32,000 nt of DNA, taken from Candidatus Helarchaeota ASGARD archaeon Hel_GB_B (GTDB lineage Archaea > Asgardarchaeota > Lokiarchaeia > Helarchaeales > HEL-GB-B). Both the position numbers and the translations under genes were made by a program. Below are positions 1-9,529 of the stretch, piece after piece; position 1 is the first letter of the stretch, and each line of letters begins with the position of its first letter. A model generated the notes under the pieces. The model was not told the DNA's origin. It saw only the letters and a program-made list of their open reading frames with translations, and searched no databases. The stretch covers positions 12,195 to 44,194 of the forward strand of contig SUPR01000016.1 in assembly GCA_005191425.1 (NCBI GenBank), in the 5' to 3' direction.

Positions 1-1
1 T

Positions 2-574
2 AAAATTTTAGATTTTGAATTGATATTATACTTACTAAGTATTTTTCTAATTACAGATGCATTAGAGTTCACAGGCTTATTAAACTATATTTCAAATTTT
101 TTGTATTACTTAACGCAGGGTAATCCACTGACTACATCTCTTTTAATTTTATGGGGTTCAGCTTTTTTAAGTAGTTCTATTGACAATGCACCTATAACGA
201 AGATTATGATTCCTATTGTTGATGATTTAATAAGTATATCAGGTATACCAGAATCTTTAAGTCATGGTATTTTTGCATCTTTGGTTTATGGAGCAAATAT
301 AGGTGATAATTTAACACCTATGGGTGATAATATTCTTACATTCCAAATATTAGAAGATTATAATATGAAAATTTCGGTCAAGCAATTTTTTAAAATAGGA
401 TTTATTTCCACGATTGTTCAATTAATTGGAATATCTATTTATATAGTTCTAAAATTTAATTTTTTGTTTTTCATATTTGGAATGATAATTTTGGTAGGTA
501 TTAGCCTATTTTTTCTAATTTATTTCTTTAAAACTGAAATTTTTGGTATAATAAAAAATATTTTTGTAAAATAA
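2..574 (+). CDS. ArsB/NhaD/SLC13 (IT superfamily) permease, C-terminal part; gene begins upstream of the window
   Basis: Frame is open from base 2 (KILDFELILYLLSIF...). Multi-TM, with SSSIDNAP and GANIGDNLTPMG hairpin motifs typical of ArsB/NhaD/CitM C-terminal halves. Confidence 0.8.
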   Translation, partial: KILDFELILYLLSIFLITDALEFTGLLNYISNFLYYLTQGNPLTTSLLILWGSAFLSSSIDNAPITKIMIPIVDDLISISGIPESLSHGIFASLVYGANIGDNLTPMGDNILTFQILEDYNMKISVKQFFKIGFISTIVQLIGISIYIVLKFNFLFFIFGMIILVGISLFFLIYFFKTEIFGIIKNIFVK

Positions 575-662
575 ATTCTTAAAACTTTTTTATTTTGAAT
601 TCCGAATAAATTCATTATCTAATTAATAATTTAATAAATAAATATGGTGAATAAAATAAAAA

Positions 663-1577
663 ATGACTTCTGGAAAATTATTAGAAATTAATGGTATTTT
701 ACAAAAAATGAGGATAAATCCTATAGCTAATAATGGTTATAGCGAATATTTCGAATGTAAATCAGGTGATAATCTATTTTACAGAGTTTGGAAAGCTGAA
801 AATCAGACAAGAATCGTAATTGGAATACATGGAATGGCAGCTCATTCTGAATATTATATTCAAGTGGCGGATCAATTAATAGATAAGGGAATTTCTGTTT
901 TTGCCTTAGATTTAAAGCATCATGGGCATTCTACTGGCAAAATTGGTGACCTTAAAAATTTTCAAGAATTAATTGACCAAGTCCATGAATTTATACTAAA
1001 GATAAAAAATGAAAATAGTGGAATACCAATTTTTCTAATGGGAATAAGTATGGGTGGATGTTTGGCTATTAATTATTCAATTAAGTATCCAGAAGATATT
1101 AATGGACTAATTTTAATGGCGCCTGCAGTTAAAGTAAATTTAAAATTTTCTTTTTACGATATTTTGAAATTACCAATTTTAGGAATTGTATATTTGGTCA
1201 ATAAAAGCAAACCTATTATTAGCATAGAAAAAAGATCTTTAGATTTAGGGACTAGAAATCCTCTTCGTAAAGAGTATGATAAAAATGATGAATATCGAAT
1301 AAAAAAAGTTTCTGTAAGATATCTATTACAAATTAATTCATGGGTTAAAAAAGCATTCAAAAACAGAAATAAAATATCACACCCGGTTATTATATTTCAA
1401 GGCAGCGATGATAAATTAGTATCTCCCGAAAGCGTTGAACAATTTTATAAGGACTTGAATATCAATGATAAATCTTTAATAATTTTAAAAGGAGCTTATC
1501 ATACCCTATTTTCAGACCCTGCAATGGAGAATGAAAATGGCTGGAAAAAAATGTCTGAATGGATATTAGCACATTAA
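663..1577 (+). CDS. Alpha/beta hydrolase, lysophospholipase/monoacylglycerol lipase-like (Hydrolase_4)
   Basis: HGMAAHS oxyanion region, DLKHHGHS, GISMGG nucleophile elbow, QGSDDKLV acid, AYHTL histidine. Confidence 0.9.
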   Translation: MTSGKLLEINGILQKMRINPIANNGYSEYFECKSGDNLFYRVWKAENQTRIVIGIHGMAAHSEYYIQVADQLIDKGISVFALDLKHHGHSTGKIGDLKNFQELIDQVHEFILKIKNENSGIPIFLMGISMGGCLAINYSIKYPEDINGLILMAPAVKVNLKFSFYDILKLPILGIVYLVNKSKPIISIEKRSLDLGTRNPLRKEYDKNDEYRIKKVSVRYLLQINSWVKKAFKNRNKISHPVIIFQGSDDKLVSPESVEQFYKDLNINDKSLIILKGAYHTLFSDPAMENENGWKKMSEWILAH

Positions 1578-1597
1578 AGTTTAAATAAATAATTAAA

Positions 1598-2629
1598 ATG
1601 GTTAAAATGATTAACAAATCTATAAAAGATGGAATAATTTCTATGTTTAAAGTTAATTTTAAGGTAAAACCTAGTGAATCGATTTTAATATTATCAGATT
1701 ATCCTACAGAAGATGATTTGATTAATTTATCAACTAATCAAATTAATGAAATGATACAAAGAATATATTTAGCCAGGGATATTTATGAAGTAGGGATCAA
1801 TTTAGGTTATAATATTTTTTTAAAATTATATCCTGCTACTGGTCAATCTGGTAAGGAAATACCCAATGATATAGCTGATCTGATGCTGAAATATGATATT
1901 TTTATTGCCATTACTACTTATTCCCTTACTCATACTACTGCTCGTTTGAATGCGACTGAAAATATGAAGAGAGGTGCAAGTTGTCCCGGGATTCTGCCGC
2001 AAATGTTCGGAAAAGAAGGCCCAATGCAAGTAGATTATAATTTAATTTCTAAATTTACAATAGATTTAGCCGAAAAAGTGAATGAAGCATCTAAAGGCCT
2101 AATAACTGCTCCAAACGGAACTAATGTTGAATTCCGAATAAATCCTAAAAGTTGTGAATACGATACCGGAATTATTGATAGCCCGGGAGATTTTTCAAAT
2201 CTTCCTGCTGGTGAAGCATATCTTGCACCAATGCAAAATTCAACGAATGGAACATTAGTAGTCTCAAAAGGATGGTTTAAGGGACTTAAAAAAGATATGA
2301 GTTTTAAAATTGAAAATGGTTTAGTACAATCAATTGAAGGAGGCGGCGAAATTGGAGAAAAATTTAATAATTTACTTTTCAGTAAAAATATTGATGAATT
2401 AATATCACTCTCAAGGAGAAATATCGCCGAAATCGGTATAGGTACCAATCCCAATGCCAAAAATCCCTTAAATATTCTTGAAGCAGAAAAAATTAAGGGA
2501 ACATGTCACGTAGCTATCGGTGATAATCACACTTTTAGTGGTGGTACAGTTGAATCAGACATTCACATTGATTTTGTAATCCCAAATGCCCGATTATTTC
2601 TTGATGAGGAAGAAATAAAATTAAATTAA
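1598..2629 (+). CDS. Aminopeptidase, thermophilic metalloprotease M29 / COG2309-like
   Basis: NLPAGE, NIAEIGIGTN, EAEKIKGTCHVAIGDN and SDIHIDFV motifs. Confidence 0.88.
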   Translation: MVKMINKSIKDGIISMFKVNFKVKPSESILILSDYPTEDDLINLSTNQINEMIQRIYLARDIYEVGINLGYNIFLKLYPATGQSGKEIPNDIADLMLKYDIFIAITTYSLTHTTARLNATENMKRGASCPGILPQMFGKEGPMQVDYNLISKFTIDLAEKVNEASKGLITAPNGTNVEFRINPKSCEYDTGIIDSPGDFSNLPAGEAYLAPMQNSTNGTLVVSKGWFKGLKKDMSFKIENGLVQSIEGGGEIGEKFNNLLFSKNIDELISLSRRNIAEIGIGTNPNAKNPLNILEAEKIKGTCHVAIGDNHTFSGGTVESDIHIDFVIPNARLFLDEEEIKLN

Positions 2630-2630
2630 A

Positions 2631-3031
2631 ATGAGATTTTTCAAAATTCTTTATTCAACATAATTATATAAATATCAATTCTATTTTTTCGCAAATATAT
2701 TCTTTAAGATCTTTATGTAAATTTTTAACTATTTCTTTATCTATAATATAATAGCATCTTAGAGAGTTTTAGAGCGTATAGAGATTTTGTTAACATAATA
2801 TCATTTTTTATTGATTTATATATAATTATTGAATATATTTATAGGATCATTTCCATTTTTTGATATGAGAATTCTATGGATTAATGAAAAAATACTTAAA
2901 GAGATTTCAATTTGTCCTAGAATTATTAGAAAATCTGTTTGTCTATCGCTTAAAATTACTGATATAATATAATCTAAATCGGAATGCTTTTATTTAAAAA
3001 CACGCATTTTACATGGGCGACAGAATTTATA
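2631..3031. repeat. Diverged non-coding direct repeat, copy A
   Basis: Aligned by hand to 4099-4507. Block 2781-2874 vs 4252-4345 is 76/94 identical, ungapped. Block 2975-3031 vs 4451-4507 is 46/57 identical. The blocks are colinear (offsets 1471 and 1476). Confidence 0.85.
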
Positions 3032-3072
3032 AAAACTCAGAATAAATAAAATATAATAAAAGAGAGAAACAA

Positions 3073-3927
3073 ATGAATAAAAAAGATTCCTATTCAAGAA
3101 ACAAAATATTACAAAAATTCTTAGATATACAGCCTTATTTTGAGTCAGTATTCCAAGAATTAAAATCTGACCATACCCATTTTTCCATGTACTATTGTAA
3201 TGGGGTTATGCAATTTGTATCCTATCTCAAGAAATACGGTAAATCAATAGACAAAGGGCTTATTCATGACATATTCAAAGTATTTTTTTCACAATTAAAA
3301 TATAAAGAAGAGGGAGTCGCGATCGAAAAAATTATGGGTAAAAAGAGGTTGGATATTTATAGGACAATTGCAGACGAAATAATAGAAGTAAAAACAATAA
3401 GCAATATTTCTTTTAAAAAGATATATGGCACAGTTAAATCTGTATTTAAAATAATACCAAGAACTGATCGGTTATGGCTATTTTTCTTTATGAAGTTAGA
3501 ACCTCCAATTCTAAAAAATAAGGAAAATAAAAAAGATAATGTGAAAGACTTGAAATGCAAATATTTTTTAATATTCCTTGATATATTACTATCAGGTGTA
3601 GACGATTTGACCGAAATTAATAAGGAATTGGAGAATGGAATAAAAGAGTTGATAGAGAGTGGAGCAGAGGAATTGGATATATCAAAGGAAATAATAATTC
3701 CATTAGAAAATGTAGTGTTTGTGGAGGATCTAAAAAGAGAGTTAGAGGAAAAAAATAGGATAATAGAAGAAATAGAGAAAGAACTAATAAAAGAGAAACT
3801 TGAAAAAAAGAGGATATTAGAAGAAAAAGAGAAAGAGAAACTTGAAAAAATGAAAATAAAAAATAAACTAGAAAAAAAGGAAAAAGAGCTACAAGAACTT
3901 AGAAAAAAATTAAAAAACATAAAATAA
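3073..3927 (+). CDS. Putative PD-(D/E)XK-fold nuclease with a C-terminal K/E-rich coiled-coil tail
   Basis: VAIEK...KRLDIY...EIIEVKT fits E...(x)D...ExK spacing. The last ~70 aa are a charged coiled coil with KEKLEK repeated (19-nt repeat at 3790 and 3832). Confidence 0.6.
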   Translation: MNKKDSYSRNKILQKFLDIQPYFESVFQELKSDHTHFSMYYCNGVMQFVSYLKKYGKSIDKGLIHDIFKVFFSQLKYKEEGVAIEKIMGKKRLDIYRTIADEIIEVKTISNISFKKIYGTVKSVFKIIPRTDRLWLFFFMKLEPPILKNKENKKDNVKDLKCKYFLIFLDILLSGVDDLTEINKELENGIKELIESGAEELDISKEIIIPLENVVFVEDLKRELEEKNRIIEEIEKELIKEKLEKKRILEEKEKEKLEKMKIKNKLEKKEKELQELRKKLKNIK

Positions 3928-4098
3928 ACTAAAATATGGAATACAAACAGCAATAGATAATGATCCTTGATTCATTTTATAAAGTTATAACTGAAATATT
4001 TATCAATAATATAATTAATATTATTTATATCAATCATTTAGAAAAAATCGGAAAAAATATATGATTATAGAAGGAATGATATATAAATTAAGAATTCC

Positions 4099-4507
4099 GT
4101 AAGTTTTTTCGAAATCCTTAGCAAGATAAGGATATATTAATAATAATTTTATTTCGTGAATATATTTTTTGATAAGATTTTTATATAAACTTCTAACTAT
4201 TTCTTTTTCCATAATATAGGAGCAGAATCTTAGTGATCTTTATGATATAAATAGATTTTATTAATGCAATATCGTTTTTTATTGATCTGTATTTAGTTAT
4301 TGAATGTATTCATATGATTATTTCCATTTTATAATGCGAGAATTCCCGAGATTGATAAAGGAAAAATTTGAAAAGGAGGTGAACCAAACCAAAATTGTTA
4401 AGAAGTATACTTATCTTTTGTTTGAAATTACATATATTTGCAAAGAATTTTAAATCGGAATGTTTTTATTTGAAAACTTCCACTTTACATTAGCAACGGA
4501 ATATATA
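4099..4507. repeat. Diverged non-coding direct repeat, copy B
   Basis: See copy A. Ends about 49 nt upstream of ATG 4556, as copy A ends about 42 nt upstream of ATG 3073. Confidence 0.85.
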
Positions 4508-4555
4508 TACATTAAAATCTAAAATATATAAAAAATTAATTGGTCATGTAAGTTT

Positions 4556-5668
4556 ATGGAACTTTTTTCTATAAACAATTTAATTAAAAAAGCAGTAGAA
4601 AATATAAATCAAATCAAGGAATCAGGTAGATTAGTAGTAGGAATTCCCCAGCACGGAATTATCCCAGATGAATTATTTCATGCAGGAGGTATATTTCCTC
4701 TACATTTGACTTTAGGAGGGCGGGCCGAGCAAGAAATCGGAGATGAATATTTATCACCCACAACATGTCCATTTGGTAGAGCTACAATTGGCTGTTTTGA
4801 TGAGAAAAATGAATTATATAGCAAAATCGATTATTTATTAACCGGCACCTTTTGTAATGGAGTTCAAAATATAGGAAATTATGCAAAATATTTCGATCTC
4901 CCAGTAATTAAATTTATTACACCACATACCACATCAAATTCAGCTTTTACTTTTTTTCTGGACGAAATTCTCAAATTAAAAGTTGAAATTGAAAAAATTA
5001 CGGGAAAAAAGATTAGTAAAAATGAAATTAGCAAATCAATTAAATTATACAACAAAGTCAGAAAATTATTAAGAGAATTAAATTTGTATCGGATAAATAT
5101 TCCTTCAAAAATTCAAGGTCTCGAATTATTTTATTTAGTCCATAAGGTCTTTTTATTAGGACCTGAAATAGTAATCCCAGAATTAGAACAAATATTGTCT
5201 GATATAAAAGACCGGGATCCAATTGAAAAAAAAGCCAGAATATTTTTAACTGGTAGTGGAATATGCTTGGAAGATAATTTTTATGAATTAATAGAAAATG
5301 AATGTAATGGACTTATTGTAGGAGATGATCTTTGGTCTGGGTATGATTTTTATAGGGTTGATATTGAAGAAAATGGCGATCCAATAGAATGTATGGCTAA
5401 AAAATATTTATTATATAATATGTGCGGTAGAATGATCCCAGATCCACGTATTAATTATATCTTTAATATTTATCGTGAATGTAAAGCTCAAGGAATTATT
5501 TATCATATTTTGAAATATTGCGACTCATATTCTGGACTTAAATATGAATTTAAAAAAAGCTTAGACAAAAAGCAAATACCGGTATTAGAATTAGAAAGAG
5601 ATTTTGCAGAATCGAATATTGGTCAATTCAAGACCAGAATTGAAGCGTTTCTAGAGATGATACAATGA
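4556..5668 (+). CDS. 2-hydroxyacyl-CoA dehydratase / benzoyl-CoA reductase family subunit (HgdB/FldC/BcrC-like, D-component)
   Basis: TCPFGR, GTFCN, GIIYHILKYCD and the C-terminal GQFKTRIEAFLEM family signature. Confidence 0.88.
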   Translation: MELFSINNLIKKAVENINQIKESGRLVVGIPQHGIIPDELFHAGGIFPLHLTLGGRAEQEIGDEYLSPTTCPFGRATIGCFDEKNELYSKIDYLLTGTFCNGVQNIGNYAKYFDLPVIKFITPHTTSNSAFTFFLDEILKLKVEIEKITGKKISKNEISKSIKLYNKVRKLLRELNLYRINIPSKIQGLELFYLVHKVFLLGPEIVIPELEQILSDIKDRDPIEKKARIFLTGSGICLEDNFYELIENECNGLIVGDDLWSGYDFYRVDIEENGDPIECMAKKYLLYNMCGRMIPDPRINYIFNIYRECKAQGIIYHILKYCDSYSGLKYEFKKSLDKKQIPVLELERDFAESNIGQFKTRIEAFLEMIQ

Positions 5669-7002
5669 AATACATGGAAATAAATAATTTTGTAACTGAT
5701 TTTACTTATAAAAGTATATTAGATTTAGGCATTAAATATTTATTGGGTAATAAAGAAATTAAAGAAGCAAAAAAAAGCGGGAAAAAAATTATTGGAAGTT
5801 TTTTACCACCCATAGATATGATTTATGCCTTTAAAAATGCTTTGCCAATCTTTCTGCCCAGATTAATTGAATTTGAATATGAAAAATACGTCCCGATTTT
5901 AAATCTATTGAATAAATTTAACATTCTTAAATCAATTTTAAATTATTACATAAAAAACGAAAATGTTTTATTAAATCAGTTTTTTAAAGATTTTGATCAA
6001 TCAGGCTATTCTCGAGTTTTTTCAAGTTTAATAGATATTGCAGCTAATTCAAATTATTATATGGATACCTGTGTTCAGACCAGAATATCTTATGGCGCTT
6101 TTCTTAAATATTTTAATTTAGTAGATATGATAATTGGTGGATTTGAAGGAAATTATTGTCTACATTTTGCAAAATTTTACGAACGAATCAACTTATATAA
6201 GCCCACTTTTTATTTTGAGAAACCATATGGCGATGAGAATTCTCCCAATACTATTTCTATTATAGATAAGGAATTTAATCGGTTTATTAAATTAGTAGAA
6301 AAATTAACTAAAGAAAAAATTGATGAAGATTTATTAATTAATATTTTACGAATACAACAAGAAATTAGAAAATATTTAATTCTTATTTATAAATTATTCA
6401 AGAGAGGTTATGTCCCTTTACAATCTGTAGCATTAACTTTAATTCATGGATGTTATGTCGATTTATTGTCAGATCCAATTTTTTGTAAAAATAAATTAAA
6501 ACAACTTACAAATGAAATCTATCATAAATATAAAAAACATGAGCTTTATAATTATAAAAAAGAAGGGATACCAAGGATAATTATTACCGGGAGTCCTGGG
6601 TTTGATCCGGCTCTTCCTTCAATTTTTCAAAACGCAGGTGCATCTTTATTATACTTGGATTTATTTCAGTCTGCCAAGGATTCTAAATTCAAATTAGACT
6701 TTAAATTAAGCGGACTTGATTTATATAAGAAGTTTTTAGTAGAAACAAATTATGTAAATGGAATAATTGACTTAATTGACCTATGGTTGAATATTGCAAA
6801 AGAAATTGAAGTGGACGGAATTTTATTCTCAAAAAGTTGGGGCTGTAGATTTACAACACCCGCTTTTAAGATCCTAAAAGATAGGGCAAACAGTGAATTA
6901 GCAATCCCAGTACTTGGGCTTGACTTTTACACACCTGGAGAGAATTTATCTCAGGTTCAGACGCGCATTGAGGCATTTATTGAAATGATCAAGAAAAAAT
7001 GA
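5665..7002 (+). CDS. 2-hydroxyacyl-CoA dehydratase family second subunit (HgdA/FldB/BcrB-like)
   Basis: ATGA overlap with the previous gene. DTCVQTR, GNYCLH, DGILFSKSWGCRF and SQVQTRIEAFIEM. Confidence 0.82.
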   Translation: MKYMEINNFVTDFTYKSILDLGIKYLLGNKEIKEAKKSGKKIIGSFLPPIDMIYAFKNALPIFLPRLIEFEYEKYVPILNLLNKFNILKSILNYYIKNENVLLNQFFKDFDQSGYSRVFSSLIDIAANSNYYMDTCVQTRISYGAFLKYFNLVDMIIGGFEGNYCLHFAKFYERINLYKPTFYFEKPYGDENSPNTISIIDKEFNRFIKLVEKLTKEKIDEDLLINILRIQQEIRKYLILIYKLFKRGYVPLQSVALTLIHGCYVDLLSDPIFCKNKLKQLTNEIYHKYKKHELYNYKKEGIPRIIITGSPGFDPALPSIFQNAGASLLYLDLFQSAKDSKFKLDFKLSGLDLYKKFLVETNYVNGIIDLIDLWLNIAKEIEVDGILFSKSWGCRFTTPAFKILKDRANSELAIPVLGLDFYTPGENLSQVQTRIEAFIEMIKKK

Positions 7003-7003
7003 A

Positions 7004-7858
7004 TCAATAAATTTCGTCCTTGTATTCTCTAACTCTCAATTTTGAAACAGCGTTCTCAAAAAACATCATTATATAAGACTTGAGTTCAGATATCCGTTGA
7101 TTTATTTGTAAGAAACCTTCATCAGTATCTGAATATTTCTTTTCAAGGTCATTTATAAGATTTGATAATTTAAAATCAATTTGTTTAATATTGTTATTAA
7201 ACTCGTCTATTTTTTGTTCCAACCTTTTTATCTTCTCAGAAATAGATAAAATTGTATAAGGTACCGAAGAAGTTGAATATTGCCTTAAATTACTTTTTTT
7301 ATTTAACTCAGATTTTTTTCTTGGTGCTTTTGTATAATCCAAAATACATTCTCTTAAAATTGGTTCTCTATTTCCCCAAGGACTTTTGGCAGAATAAGCC
7401 CCAGAAATCCTAAGTGATACTAAATGATTTGAGCTATAAATTATATAAACAGTTATACGTCCATCTAACTTATATTTATTATTAATAGTAATGTGTCCTC
7501 TTGTATGACTTGATAAAGCATCCATTTGATTAATCTTTAATCGTCTATGAGGCGACCATTCTAACTCACAATTGGAATAGTTATTAATTTCGTTTATTTC
7601 TTTTTCCAGAGCATCCTTTAAAGCATCTTGTTCCAAAATATTTGGGTCAGTTCTTCCTAAATTCCTTATAATTACAAGTCCATAATTTTGCCAATCAATT
7701 TTCGTATATTCTTTATTAGAATCAAAATCCCATTCTTTATTATATATAACAATAAACGGTGAATTTTTCATTTTACACGATTCAATTAAACCTGAAGAAT
7801 TCCATTCATTCCAGATGCCACTTAATACTATATTATATTTATTTAATAATTCATTCAT
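7004..7858 (-). CDS. Hypothetical protein with C-terminal coiled coil
   Basis: 284-aa ORF with natural composition, 22 nt downstream of the acyltransferase on the same strand. Heptad-rich C-terminus (IKRLEQKIDEFNNNIKQIDFKLSNL). No family recognised. Confidence 0.7.
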   Translation of the reverse strand: MNELLNKYNIVLSGIWNEWNSSGLIESCKMKNSPFIVIYNKEWDFDSNKEYTKIDWQNYGLVIIRNLGRTDPNILEQDALKDALEKEINEINNYSNCELEWSPHRRLKINQMDALSSHTRGHITINNKYKLDGRITVYIIYSSNHLVSLRISGAYSAKSPWGNREPILRECILDYTKAPRKKSELNKKSNLRQYSTSSVPYTILSISEKIKRLEQKIDEFNNNIKQIDFKLSNLINDLEKKYSDTDEGFLQINQRISELKSYIMMFFENAVSKLRVREYKDEIY

Positions 7859-7880
7859 TAGTTAAAAATCAATTATAGTC

Positions 7881-9122
7881 TTATTTAGATTTTTTCATTT
7901 CATCCCAAACATCTTGAGAATAATTAAAAAGTTGGTCAGTAAATTCTTCAAAATTAAAAACTTCACCTACTTTTCTTGCAAGAATACCTTCTACTTGTAT
8001 ATTTTCTGTGACATCACTTACTACAAATGCATATGGAAGTATTTCAGCATTATCATGAATTTCTATTCCAGGTAATAGTCCTGCACTAGGAGAAATCATG
8101 ACATTTTTTCCAATTATAATTTTTCCTTTTCGAAACCCGCCTATTATTCCTTCGTATGTGGCTGATACCGAATGTCTTTTGATTACAGAATCGTCTCCAG
8201 TTTTTATTAACTCGGGAAACCAACCATCTATATTAACATTTGGTACAATAATTAATCCTTTTCCAATTTTTACTCCTACAGCTCGTAGTATTTCTTTTCT
8301 CAAAGAATTGGGTATTCGCGGCGACTTTTGTATTTCCAATAGAATATTATTAATCAGGGCTATAATTGGATCCCTAAATTTTCTCCAATCAAATAAAGTA
8401 AATGGAGTCTTTTCGAGTTTTCTTTTCGCGTTGCTTTTGGTTTTTCTCGAAAAGGGATGTCTTATAGGTTCTGGTAGGCCGATTACAAAAGTATTGGCTT
8501 CAACATCCGAAGCAAGGACTCCTAGAGATAGTATTGAATTATCTCCAATTGAAACTCCAGGTAATATTACAGCACCAACACATATTAATATATTTTTACC
8601 AATATTTACTTCTCCAACTCTTAATTCTCCATCTAAAATTTCATGCGCAAATACACTTGATCCCATCCCTATTATTGTATTATTACCAATTGATATTTTT
8701 TCAGAAAAAATTGAGTCTATCGTGTTTCCATGTGTTATCATAACATCATTACCAATTTTTGCACCCAAAATACTTAAATAAGCTGCTTTAATTGATGGAA
8801 TGCCATATTGTAACATTCTTATCCTTAAATTAAATCTCATCTTCCCAAGTAAAGAATTCATACAACGATATTTCTTTATTTCATCTTCAGTCACACTTCT
8901 TGTATCTCTTGTTTTATGTTTTTTGATACCTAAATATTCTTTACTCTTTATGACATTCTTATAAACTCTTCTAACCAGATCTCTCTGAAATTTTCTGATT
9001 CTCTCTTTAACTTTCTCAGTTTCTCCATCTTCTACTTAAACTGCTAATGGTGTAACAAAAGTGGTTTTTTCTAATAAAGGGTACATTTCATATATTTTTT
9101 CTAATTCTTTGGGGATTTTCAT
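7881..9122 (-). pseudogene. Tandem two-domain left-handed beta-helix acyltransferase (YvoF/DapH-like), interrupted by one in-frame TAA at 9038-9036
   Basis: ATG 9122 is in frame with the listed ORF (8894). It reads MKIPKELEKIYEMYPLLEKTTFVTPLAV*VEDGETEKVKERIRKFQ...RSVTEDE. Two hexapeptide domains follow (IDSIFSEKISIGNNTIIG...AHE; IDGWFPELIKTGDD...). Confidence 0.7.
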
Positions 9123-9155
9123 ATTTATTCATAATATTTTTCAAAATTAGACTGT

Positions 9156-9163
9156 TTTATATA
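9156..9163 (-). promoter_or_regulatory. Candidate TATA box (TATATAAA) for the acyltransferase gene
   Basis: Lies 33 nt upstream of ATG 9122. AT-rich background lowers specificity. Confidence 0.35.
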
Positions 9164-9529
9164 TTGACCGTTCTATTTAAAAAATTTAACTAACCAATTT
9201 CATAAAAATTAAAAAATAAAATGTAAAATAATCTTACAATTTGATTTAATATTTATAATATCAAGATTAAATAATATCTATTGATATATAAGATAAATAA
9301 CGTGAAATATAAATTCTTTAAATTATCTATAAGTATCTAATTTAATTAATTAATCAAATTTTCATGGACCAGAAATTAAATTGATAAAATTAAGAAAGAA
9401 AAAAGCAAAAAGATTAACAATCACATCAATTTAATCATAATATGATTCTGTAATATATCAACAAAAATACAAAAATAAATTAGACACATAAAATTAACTA
9501 AAATTCTTATCCAAATCGAAGGTATCAGA

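Noticed and set aside
3357-3953. 198-aa minus-strand ORF
   Set aside because: F/S/L low-complexity antisense shadow of the K/E-rich 3073-3927 gene.
4030-4212. 60-aa minus-strand ORF overlapping repeat copy B
   Set aside because: The equivalent frame in copy A has stops and the adjacent repeat block shows no codon periodicity. At most a decayed remnant.
8098-8781. 227-aa plus-strand ORF (also 8534-8743)
   Set aside because: Antisense to the acyltransferase, which carries the recognisable motifs.
9433-9447. AATCAT-N3-ATGATT dyad upstream of the hydrolase
   Set aside because: Short and AT-rich, with no second copy found.
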